This document shows, one piece after another, positions 8,099 through 15,785 of a stretch of 32,000 nt of DNA. The stretch lies in NCBI GenBank assembly GCA_964514965.1, contig CAZETV010000001.1, forward strand, positions 933,063-965,062. Reading direction: 5' to 3'. Numbering within the stretch: position 1 is the first letter of the stretch; every line of letters begins with the position of its first letter. The notes below the pieces were generated by a model. It saw nothing but the letters and a program-made list of their open reading frames with translations, searched no databases and was not told where the DNA came from. Both the position numbers and the translations under genes were made by a program. This stretch comes from Candidatus Hadarchaeota archaeon (GTDB lineage Archaea; Hadarchaeota; Hadarchaeia; Hadarchaeales; Hadarchaeaceae).

Positions 8099-9239
8099 AT
8101 GGGATTTTCTCTTCCAACTTTTGTTTCACGCTTTTTCCTTTTGGATGATAAATATGGTCCAATGCTGTACCTTTTGAATTTTTGATGCCCATCCACTCGA
8201 TGAGCTTGGCAAATTTGCTCCTTGTCAAACCATCAGCGACCATTGCGTACCCTTGAGCCGATTCTTTGACCCTTCTCGCCCCCTGAAGCCACCCGATTCT
8301 CCTCACTGGCGCGAATTTGGCGAGTCTCTCTAGCAGTTCATCCTTAACTCTTTCGATTCTCGTTAATCTACCTGAAAGCAGGATTTCTTTGGGATGGGGA
8401 ACCGTGACCATCATTGAAGCGACGCCCTTTACTATATCCTCGATCATTGTCTCCCACGCCACTTCGCAGTGCTTATCAGAATTTGCGCATCCAATCAGCT
8501 CTTCAGGGGAAAGCTTGCCAGACACGGAAATTCCACCACCCGTGAAAATATCCATTTTTTCCCATTTCCCGACTAGCTGTGTGAGTTCCGCGTCCATGCC
8601 GCCTGAAGTTAGAAATCCGATTCCCCCCATAGTTCCGCCGATTCCATCGACAATTTTTCCTTCGCTTATGCCAAGAACTGCGTTATACCCAAAGCCCATC
8701 TCAACGAGGATGAAGGAGACCTCGGAGTATGGAATGTTTAGCTTTTGGGCCTGATCGTAAACTCCGAGGACGCCAATGCACATCTTGTCGACTGTCCCCA
8801 TGTCAAGCTTGTTGATTTTTCTGTGCGCGGGCACTGTGGGAAGCTCAATCACGCCTGGGATGTAACAAACCGGCCAACCCCTGCGCTTCATTTCCATTGC
8901 TGTTTCGGTCATAGCTGAATAGACCATTATTCCGATGTCACCTTTTGTTAAAGCGGCCTCCAAGTCCTCTTTCTTCAGGAGGAGTATGTAGGTAAGGTAC
9001 CAGTCCCTAAGGGTCTGGATGTTCAAATCTCTCAGATACGTTAATTCAACGCCGTATCCAGAGGGACCAGCTATCAAATCTAGCGGCATCGCTTTTTCGG
9101 TAGCTTCGATTAACAGCTTTGGGTTTTTGGCAACCTCAGGAGTTTCTAAAATTTCCTCAAAGTACACTTCTCCATTTTCCAGCCCGCATAAATCAAAACT
9201 CTTTGTACCGGGGTCTATACCCAAAACCCTGACTTTCAT
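8076..9239 (-). CDS. DUF1464-like ASKHA (acetate/sugar kinase-Hsp70-actin fold) protein, function unknown
   Basis: 387 aa. The N-terminal VLGIDPGTKSFDL is a phosphate-1 type ASKHA motif. Later Gly-rich loops (VDGIGGTMGGIGFLTSGGMD) fit the fold. The 3' end overlaps the convergent RFAP synthase gene by 23 nt. An SD-like ggaagga lies about 10 nt upstream of the ATG. Confidence 0.6.
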   Translation of the reverse strand: MKVRVLGIDPGTKSFDLCGLENGEVYFEEILETPEVAKNPKLLIEATEKAMPLDLIAGPSGYGVELTYLRDLNIQTLRDWYLTYILLLKKEDLEAALTKGDIGIMVYSAMTETAMEMKRRGWPVCYIPGVIELPTVPAHRKINKLDMGTVDKMCIGVLGVYDQAQKLNIPYSEVSFILVEMGFGYNAVLGISEGKIVDGIGGTMGGIGFLTSGGMDAELTQLVGKWEKMDIFTGGGISVSGKLSPEELIGCANSDKHCEVAWETMIEDIVKGVASMMVTVPHPKEILLSGRLTRIERVKDELLERLAKFAPVRRIGWLQGARRVKESAQGYAMVADGLTRSKFAKLIEWMGIKNSKGTALDHIYHPKGKSVKQKLEEKIPFSPRFLP

Positions 9240-9286
9240 CGATTCATCCTTCCGTGAGGTCTATTCCATTTTCCATTGTGTGCGAT

Positions 9287-10852
9287 TTAGAAAAGCTCTT
9301 TCTCCTGCAGATAGCTCCTGCCAGTTCTCAGAGCAATCTCGGCTTTCTGGAGTTCGCGCCCCAAGTATGCGGCATGTTCGATATCACTAATCAATCCTTT
9401 TTCTATAATTTCATAGCATATCTCCTCGGCGGTTTTCCCTCTTATCACGATTTTTGGGTCCCTTCCAGCGTACATGACGGCGACTATCTCATATTTGTCA
9501 ACGAAAATTTTGAAGAAACCTGTTTGATCGAGCTTAAACTTTCTCTTTGCCGATGCGTGGATTGCACTTGCTACCTTCTCGACATTTTTATCGTATAGGT
9601 CGAAAACCTTTCTCTTTTCCTTTAGGATTAGCAGGTCCAATCCTAAATCCTTGGGGACGGTGGACCTTATCTTCGATATCGTCGTCATCTCCCTCGCCTT
9701 TCTGACCTCTGCAACATTTCCCTGCGTTTTATCGCTCGCTTCCACGGTGAGCACGAAACTTGTCCCTAGTTCGCTTGCGGCTCCAACTAACAAAGCTGTC
9801 ATACCCACTGAATCTGCATCGTAAAGCTCAACCACGTTTCCTATCCCCATCAAGATCGGAAGTTCGGGATCAAGTCCCCTCAACTCGTAAAAGGACAACA
9901 GGGAGGCAACGAATCCACGGTTAACGGGTTCTAGGATGGGGTCGGCTATCACCCGTTTGTATCCGAGTTTCTCCGATTTTTTCACCAGTTTCATCAAATA
10001 CTCTACCTTTTCTCTTGGTGCACGCGGGTAATAGCCGCGCTTCGTGTTTAATGGAACGAGGACAGCGGGCACTTCAAGATTTTGAAATTCATTGATGGTG
10101 GCGCCGTTTATGCTCAGGATCAAATCAATTTCGCACTCGATGGCCTTTTTGATCTCAGTTTTGTTTAAAGTGTCAATGCTTATCGGGACATCGAAATTAT
10201 CTTTTAGTGTGGACACAAGCCTCGGAACTTCATCGACCATCTCCCTTCCCGCGAGCATTCCGATATCGATGATTTCAGCTCCGCTTTCGAAGTATCGTTT
10301 GGCGACTTCAATGATTTTCTCGTCAGAAAAGAGTGGCGCATCAGCTATTTCTCCGATGACCCTCGGCGGAAAATCTCTGCCAGCGGGAACCGCCGTCTTG
10401 CCCTTCCCAATCAAGAAATTGTGAGGTTCAGAAAGCCTTTTTTTAGCAGCTTCCTCGGCGATTTTAAGTTGTTTTTTTATAGAGGCTTTAATCTCAGAGT
10501 TTAGGAGCTCGCATGCTGGTTTCTCTTTCGAAAGCTCTATTTTATCTAAATTGTCCAGCACAATGGGGATGTCTGCAGCGTACTTTGGCCCCTTAAAAGT
10601 GGGTATCCCAAGTTTATTTTCTATCATCTTCAAGTCAAATCTAACTAGCCCTGGAACGAGGAGCATCGAGAAGTTGTTCAAGTTGATTTTTTTTAATTCA
10701 TTTATCAAAAGTTCTGGAGTCATGAATGATGCAACGGAGAGTGGCAGGACTTTTACATCAGAAGGTATAGTGCTTTCGACGGCATACCTTCGAACTAACT
10801 TTTCAGCGAGTTCAGCCGTTACCAGCAGTATTCTCTTGCCCATCGGCACCAC
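9287..10852 (-). CDS. dihydropteroate synthase-like protein of H4MPT biosynthesis (MJ0301 type, long three-domain form)
   Basis: 521 aa. The central pterin-binding TIM-barrel-like region (AEIIDIGM...PISIDT...DLILSINGAT...IADPILEP...MGIGNVVEL) is flanked by N- and C-terminal extra domains, as in archaeal MJ0301-type proteins. A GTG start at 10852 abuts the dmrX stop; an ATG alternative is at 10843. Confidence 0.8.
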   Translation of the reverse strand: MVPMGKRILLVTAELAEKLVRRYAVESTIPSDVKVLPLSVASFMTPELLINELKKINLNNFSMLLVPGLVRFDLKMIENKLGIPTFKGPKYAADIPIVLDNLDKIELSKEKPACELLNSEIKASIKKQLKIAEEAAKKRLSEPHNFLIGKGKTAVPAGRDFPPRVIGEIADAPLFSDEKIIEVAKRYFESGAEIIDIGMLAGREMVDEVPRLVSTLKDNFDVPISIDTLNKTEIKKAIECEIDLILSINGATINEFQNLEVPAVLVPLNTKRGYYPRAPREKVEYLMKLVKKSEKLGYKRVIADPILEPVNRGFVASLLSFYELRGLDPELPILMGIGNVVELYDADSVGMTALLVGAASELGTSFVLTVEASDKTQGNVAEVRKAREMTTISKIRSTVPKDLGLDLLILKEKRKVFDLYDKNVEKVASAIHASAKRKFKLDQTGFFKIFVDKYEIVAVMYAGRDPKIVIRGKTAEEICYEIIEKGLISDIEHAAYLGRELQKAEIALRTGRSYLQEKELF

Positions 10853-11590
10853 TTAGAGAACTTCATTTAGAGTTTTTGGAATTTTTTTCGGACTATCGAT
10901 TACAACATAGTTTTTATTTTTCTGCATTTTCTTGACATTTTCGATATCAATTTTTCTGAGAGTAACTTTGACTTCTTGGCCGAAGGTAACCGCGCCATAA
11001 GGGCACTTTTTGAGGCAAATGCCGCACCCTTCACACTTGGTGAGGTCTATTTTTGAATGTCCGTCAGAGAGAACTATCGCTTCAAATAGGCAAAGGTCGA
11101 TTATCGAACAAGCTTCGCAATTCAGACAAATTTCTCGGTTTATCAGGTACGGAAGTCTCGTTCTTTTCTTAATCCCAATTTGATCGCTCGGAACAATTAT
11201 TATCGGTACTTTTCCCTTCTCGGCCTGTGCTATGGCGTTTGTAACTAAGGTGTCGGTGATTCCAGCAATAGTTTTTGCAACCGTGTTTGCACTCGCCGGT
11301 GAAATGATCAGAGCATCGTAGGTTCCTCTTAATAAACGTCCTGCAAGCGGGAAGTCGGGGCCCTGCTGGACTTCAAGGATCACTTCTCGGTAATAATTAC
11401 CCGGGCAAATCTTGCTCAGTTTTTGCCAAAGCCCATAAACGCGAACGACCCTTTCTCCAGCTGAGGAAACGAAGCATGATACCACATGCTCTCTCGCTAA
11501 TTTCTCCATAACGTCGAATGTCTCTTGAAGAAAATGTCCGGCTCCTGTTATGCCCCACCCTATTTTTACCAATTCACTACCCCATCTCAT
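10853..11590 (-). CDS. dmrX: archaeal dihydromethanopterin reductase-like iron-sulfur flavoprotein
   Basis: 245 aa. Flavoprotein fold (GITGAGH ... ISPASANTVAK) followed by two ferredoxin-type Cys clusters (CLNCEACSIIDLC and CEGCGICLKKCP). This is the architecture described for DmrX (MM1854 type). Overlaps the DUF447 gene by 14 nt. Confidence 0.75.
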   Translation of the reverse strand: MRWGSELVKIGWGITGAGHFLQETFDVMEKLAREHVVSCFVSSAGERVVRVYGLWQKLSKICPGNYYREVILEVQQGPDFPLAGRLLRGTYDALIISPASANTVAKTIAGITDTLVTNAIAQAEKGKVPIIIVPSDQIGIKKRTRLPYLINREICLNCEACSIIDLCLFEAIVLSDGHSKIDLTKCEGCGICLKKCPYGAVTFGQEVKVTLRKIDIENVKKMQKNKNYVVIDSPKKIPKTLNEVL

Positions 11591-12263
11591 TTTTGAAGAG
11601 ACCCTTAATTTTTATCATCAGGTTTAGCTCCACTGAGTGAGGAGCGATTCGCCGACATTTTTCCAAATATTCACTAATCTCAAGGAATTTCTTTTTTGCC
11701 ACGTCATATTTACCATTTTTTAACGCTTCCTTTACCCGAGTTGCCAGTATTGCGGATTCGGTCACGAAGAACTCGGACCTTTTGAACGGATAGATGGACG
11801 GAGTAATTAACTCAATATTTTTCACCCTTGCAGTAATGTGGGCCACTTCCGAACTGCCGATCTCATCCGAAATCTTTGCTCGTTCTACCTTTTCAACCTC
11901 AATCTCCACATGGGCATCGCTTTTCGCCAGTTTGGGCGCGTTCACGTTTCTCGATTTTTCGAATTCTATTGCGATTTTACCGAAGCTGGTGAATTCTTTT
12001 AGAGCAAGAGATACCAGGAGTTCCACATCTCTTACGATGTTTATAACCGCGGCCTTCGAATGGAGGAGATTCTGGAAAGTTCTGGTGTTAGTGAAAATTC
12101 TTAGAAACAACTTTGATTGATTTATTGTCTTGATACCAACAACCGATGCGTGCGGTCTTTTATCAGGTGAGAAGGTAGTCAAAATGATTTCCGCTGGGGA
12201 TTGCTCAGATAGCCCAGTTTCTGCTAATGAGGACATAACAGGCATCTTCATTTCAACATGCAT
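11577..12263 (-). CDS. DUF447-family (FMN-binding split-barrel-like) protein, function unknown, H4MPT-linked
   Basis: 228 aa. The N-terminal half (IILTTFSPDKRPHASVVGIKT ... LRIFTNTRTFQNLL) resembles the DUF447 family that co-occurs with H4MPT genes. The start is uncertain among M1, M5 and M7. Confidence 0.6.
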   Translation of the reverse strand: MHVEMKMPVMSSLAETGLSEQSPAEIILTTFSPDKRPHASVVGIKTINQSKLFLRIFTNTRTFQNLLHSKAAVINIVRDVELLVSLALKEFTSFGKIAIEFEKSRNVNAPKLAKSDAHVEIEVEKVERAKISDEIGSSEVAHITARVKNIELITPSIYPFKRSEFFVTESAILATRVKEALKNGKYDVAKKKFLEISEYLEKCRRIAPHSVELNLMIKIKGLFKNEMG

Positions 12264-12296
12264 ATGTTTTTCTCACACATAAAACTCTCAAAGATT

Positions 12297-13280
12297 TCAA
12301 GGTATCAACCCATCGAGGATTGCCAGCATTAGGGAGGATGCGGTGAGGTCAGCCGTTGTTCCTGGATTTATTCTTTTTTTTCTCAGCTCCTCATCAAATT
12401 TTTTGATAAGGGTTCTCCCCGCACTTGTTAACATTCCTCCTTTCTTGATGATCGACCTTGCCTCCCCCGATACGTTTTCCGAGATTTCTTTGCCGTGTAT
12501 CCTTTGCACGAAGGTATCGGGATATTTTGAGAGTATCTCGAGAAAGCTCTGGACGGTCGTCGTGTTCATGGTTTTAGTCTTTTCGTACAATTTTTTCACG
12601 AGTGGATAGCCGAATTCAAAAGTTATCTCCATGCCGGTGACCCATTCTCTGGATATGTTATCCCACTTTGAGCTGATATTCATTATCTCATAGAGCGAGA
12701 TATGCTCTTTCTTTATCCTATCCTTTGATGTCTCATTCTTTACATCGAGTTCATCCACTCCCTCAAGGCCTGCCGGGTCCGCAATCAAGATCGCATCGTA
12801 GACATTCAGCGCGTCCTCAGGAGTCGTGGATTTCAAGACATTTGAGAGGTTTGCCCTAAGCTTTTTCATTTCAATTTTACCTTCCCTGCCCAGCGTTATT
12901 CCTGCTGCTGCTGCAAGCGGTGTTAAGAGCAGCACTACGCCCAGATTTGTGTTTCCGTCTCTTTGCCATTTCATCGTGTTTTCAATTGCACTTTTTATTG
13001 CTCTTCCAACTCCGATATGAGTCGTTTTGACCCCTCTCTTTCCAACCCTGAACCCTCTCTTGGCCACATCGAGCAAAATGGGGCCTATCGCTATGGAGCT
13101 TGCTATGAAATGCTCAAACGTCATTTCCTTTATATCCGCAGTTCTGTGAACATTTCCCGGCTTTGGGTACCCGCTAACCTCTAGCGCTGACGCGAGTTGT
13201 GCGGCTCTTGCTATATCTTCGATATCCATCAAGATTACCTGCGCGGCCTTGCTTATTTTTCGTGTTGTATCATTTAACAA
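12297..13280 (-). CDS. triphosphoribosyl-dephospho-CoA synthase (CitG/MdcB)-like protein, H4MPT-linked paralogue
   Basis: 327 aa. The segment ALEVSGYPKPGNVHRTADIKEMTFEHFIASSIAI matches the CitG-family N-terminal signature (E..PKPG.V.R...H.DM....F). The C-terminal NPGTTADL also fits. Confidence 0.8.
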   Translation of the reverse strand: MLNDTTRKISKAAQVILMDIEDIARAAQLASALEVSGYPKPGNVHRTADIKEMTFEHFIASSIAIGPILLDVAKRGFRVGKRGVKTTHIGVGRAIKSAIENTMKWQRDGNTNLGVVLLLTPLAAAAGITLGREGKIEMKKLRANLSNVLKSTTPEDALNVYDAILIADPAGLEGVDELDVKNETSKDRIKKEHISLYEIMNISSKWDNISREWVTGMEITFEFGYPLVKKLYEKTKTMNTTTVQSFLEILSKYPDTFVQRIHGKEISENVSGEARSIIKKGGMLTSAGRTLIKKFDEELRKKRINPGTTADLTASSLMLAILDGLIP

Positions 13281-13283
13281 CGT

Positions 13284-13754
13284 TTATGAGAGATGTTTGA
13301 GGTTACCAGACTTGGCTCGTTTTTTCTTCACGAGTTTTCCGAGCCCACGTTTTTGGAGCATCGCTTCGATCTCTCGCTCGGACGGTTGCGGGAGTAAGGT
13401 AGGAGCAGGGGTTCGGGACAGTTTCATCCTGAACGCTCCAATTATTTTGCTTGCAGCGAGCGTATACGCAAGCACTACCGCGCAGAAGTAGAGCGGTTCA
13501 AGCGCGAGCGCCATGGATGTGAAGATTGCGGGTCCGACGATTGCGACCCCGACCGCTAGGGCAATCACGATCGTTTTGACCTTTCGACGGCGATAAATTA
13601 CCGTGAGCTTGCCGCCCAGACCTAAGAGCAGCGCCTCCAGCCCAAAAGCCAAAGAACCGAAGAGGAGAATTATATAGAGGATTTCGATGGTGCTCAAGCA
13701 GGTCACCAATCGAGCTAGGTTGACAAACGATTTAAAATGTGAGCGGCGCCGCAT
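13284..13754 (-). CDS. small multi-pass membrane protein with basic C-terminal tail, function unknown
   Basis: The ORF has 3-4 hydrophobic segments (ILYIILLFGSLAFGLEALLLGLGG, IVIALAVGVAIVGPAIF, LYFCAVVLAYTLAA) and a Lys-rich tail. The annotated ATG at 13754 would collide with the probable nth start at 13753. A TTG at 13697 is an alternative start. The stop lies 3 nt before the CitG-like start. Confidence 0.45.
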   Translation of the reverse strand: MRRRSHFKSFVNLARLVTCLSTIEILYIILLFGSLAFGLEALLLGLGGKLTVIYRRRKVKTIVIALAVGVAIVGPAIFTSMALALEPLYFCAVVLAYTLAASKIIGAFRMKLSRTPAPTLLPQPSEREIEAMLQKRGLGKLVKKKRAKSGNLKHLS

Positions 13755-14403
13755 GGTGGCAATTTTGGGACGTTTGGGTGCTGAGTTCGAGCTCTGGCGC
13801 CGTTACACTAATGACCCGTTTCTCCTATTGGTTGGGACGGTGCTCTCGCAGAACACCAACTGGCGCAACACCCGTGCAGCCTATAACCGGCTCATCGCTA
13901 AGTTTCGAACACCCGAACAGCTCGCGAGGGCGAGAATAAGGGATATTCAACAGTTAATCAAACCTGCTGGCCTGTACAGGATGAAATCTAAACACCTGAA
14001 GGAGCTAGCGCGCATAGTGCTCGAGCGATATCACGGGGACCTAAGCACTTTGCTCCGAAAGCCGCCCGAAAAGGCGCGCCAAGAGTTGCTCTCTTTGCCC
14101 GGAATCGGCTACAAGACCGCTGATGTGCTGCTGGTCTTCGGGGCAGGGCGTGACGTGCTGCCGGTTGACACCCACATTTTCAGGATCTCAAAACGTCTTG
14201 GGTTTGCTTCACCTAAGGCCAACTACGAAAAAGTAAGACTCAAACTTGAGGAACTCACACCTAGCGGCCGTCGCGGCGAGGCGCATGTGCTGTTGATTCA
14301 ACACGGTCGGCGTTACTGTCTCGCTCGCAACCCGCTTTGCGATGAATGCCCGATCAAAGACCTCTGCCCAATTGGAATTAGTCGTGTAAAGCACGCGCCA
14401 TAG
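13753..14403 (+). CDS. nth: endonuclease III (HhH-GPD DNA glycosylase/AP lyase with 4Fe-4S loop)
   Basis: LLVGTVLSQNT, the HhH motif LPGIGYKTADVLLVFG, VDTH, and the C-terminal cluster C-x6-C-x2-C-x5-C (CLARNPLCDECPIKDLC). The start was moved to the internal ATG (MVAILGRL), because the 22 upstream codons overlap the neighbouring gene. Confidence 0.85.
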   Translation: MVAILGRLGAEFELWRRYTNDPFLLLVGTVLSQNTNWRNTRAAYNRLIAKFRTPEQLARARIRDIQQLIKPAGLYRMKSKHLKELARIVLERYHGDLSTLLRKPPEKARQELLSLPGIGYKTADVLLVFGAGRDVLPVDTHIFRISKRLGFASPKANYEKVRLKLEELTPSGRRGEAHVLLIQHGRRYCLARNPLCDECPIKDLCPIGISRVKHAP

Positions 14404-14468
14404 CGGAGTTGACGACCACGAGCTTGTCACGCTTTGTATCGAAAAAATGAACTTGATAAATTAACTGT

Positions 14469-14822
14469 TCATCTTTCTTCAGATTCGATTACATAGTATC
14501 TATCTAGCAACTCACAGACGGCTTTAGAAAGAGCATGATAGCACATGTCGGCATCAACTTTTTCTGTGGAGATGCTAAGAACGTAGTCTCTACAGGTGCA
14601 GAAAGTGCGGAAAACTTCATACTCGTCTGATTTCCCCCGCACGAACCATCGCCTACCCCGCCTTATAACGCAATGGTGCTTGATGGCCTCTAAAGCACGC
14701 TTCCCTCGTCCGCTGTAGGCGTCAATTATCGCTCGCTCAAGTTGCGGAGTCAAAATTTCGCCTCGCTTGAGCTGCTTGAACAGTTCATTCTTTTTGCGGA
14801 GGAAAGTTTCCGAGACCACCAC
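14469..14822 (-). CDS. small SWIM zinc-finger protein
   Basis: 117 aa. The motif CTCRDYV...(x)...CYHALS fits the CxC...CxH SWIM pattern seen in short archaeal SWIM proteins. Confidence 0.6.
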   Translation of the reverse strand: MVVSETFLRKKNELFKQLKRGEILTPQLERAIIDAYSGRGKRALEAIKHHCVIRRGRRWFVRGKSDEYEVFRTFCTCRDYVLSISTEKVDADMCYHALSKAVCELLDRYYVIESEER

Positions 14823-14868
14823 ATCCCTATTTCTAAAGGCACGAGAGAGCTATAAAAAATGGAGGCAC

Positions 14869-15699
14869 ATGCTCGAGCAAACTTTAAGCCTGTTGCGCAA
14901 GCAGGGCATAAGACTCAGTAAGCGTGCTGGGCAGCATCAAGTTATAGATTCAACCATTTTGAAACAGATGGTTGGTTACGCCGAACTCTCCCGTGATGAC
15001 ATGGTGCTGGAGATAGGTGCCGGGATAGGAAATTTAACGCTTTTACTCGTCGCGAATGCGGGTAGAGTGATAGCGATAGAGCGAGATAGAAAGCTCGTGA
15101 AAGTTCTGGGGGAACGATTGAGGGGGCACTCAAATTTTGAGTTGTTGTGCGGGGATGCGTTGCACATCGAGCTCCCCAAGTTTAACAAGGTAGTCGCGAA
15201 CCTCCCCTATGGCATCTCCTCGGACATCACGTTCAAATTACTCGAGCATGGTTTCGAGTCAGCCGTACTTATGTACCAACGGGAGTTCGCCGAGCGGCTC
15301 GTGGCAAAGCCGGGGTCCGATGATTACAGCCGCCTGACGGTGAATGCTTATTACCGGGCAAGCGTCGAGTTGTTGGAGGAAGTGTTACCCGAGGCATTTT
15401 TCCCCCAACCGAAGGTCACGTCGGCGATCGTCAGGTTCAGGCCGCGAGAGCCCCCATTCAAAGTTAAAAACGAGCAAGTTTTTTTTGATGTTGTTCGAGC
15501 GCTCTTTCAGCATCGGCGCCAGCGGGTGAGGAACGCAATGTACCATTCGTTCGGGGAAATATTCCAGGGGAGGCGCCCCCCGAAAGCTGAGCGCAGGGCG
15601 TTTATCGATAGGAAACTTACAAAGAAGCTTGCGGAGGCCCGTGTGATGGACCTACCGCCCGAGAAATTTGGGGAAATAGCGAATTGTTTGGTTAGCTAA
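14869..15699 (+). CDS. rsmA: 16S/18S rRNA (adenine-N6,N6)-dimethyltransferase
   Basis: GQHQVID, SAM motif VLEIGAGIGNLT, VANLPYGISS and FFPQPKVTSA are classical KsgA/Dim1 motifs. The start was moved to the internal ATG (MLEQTLSLL), because the upstream part overlaps the SWIM gene. Confidence 0.85.
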   Translation: MLEQTLSLLRKQGIRLSKRAGQHQVIDSTILKQMVGYAELSRDDMVLEIGAGIGNLTLLLVANAGRVIAIERDRKLVKVLGERLRGHSNFELLCGDALHIELPKFNKVVANLPYGISSDITFKLLEHGFESAVLMYQREFAERLVAKPGSDDYSRLTVNAYYRASVELLEEVLPEAFFPQPKVTSAIVRFRPREPPFKVKNEQVFFDVVRALFQHRRQRVRNAMYHSFGEIFQGRRPPKAERRAFIDRKLTKKLAEARVMDLPPEKFGEIANCLVS

Positions 15700-15713
15700 T
15701 CTTCTTTTTTCCT
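15700..15713 (+). terminator. oligo-T tract immediately after rsmA, a putative archaeal terminator
   Basis: The sequence tcttcttttttcct starts directly after the TAA stop. Archaeal termination commonly uses T-runs. Not verified. Confidence 0.3.
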
Positions 15714-15785
15714 TGTGTTCGTTAAGAAAATGTAGTGAATAGTGAACGGCGAGGATAGCAGCCGCCTGTTCCATTTTGTCCGGTC

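Noticed and set aside
44-13280. Calling the organism a methanogen on the basis of fwd/ftr/mch and H4MPT biosynthesis
   Set aside because: No mcr, mtr, hdr or F420-hydrogenase genes are in the window. The same genes occur in non-methanogenic archaea (sulfate reducers, acetogenic and alkane-oxidising lineages), so lifestyle cannot be inferred.
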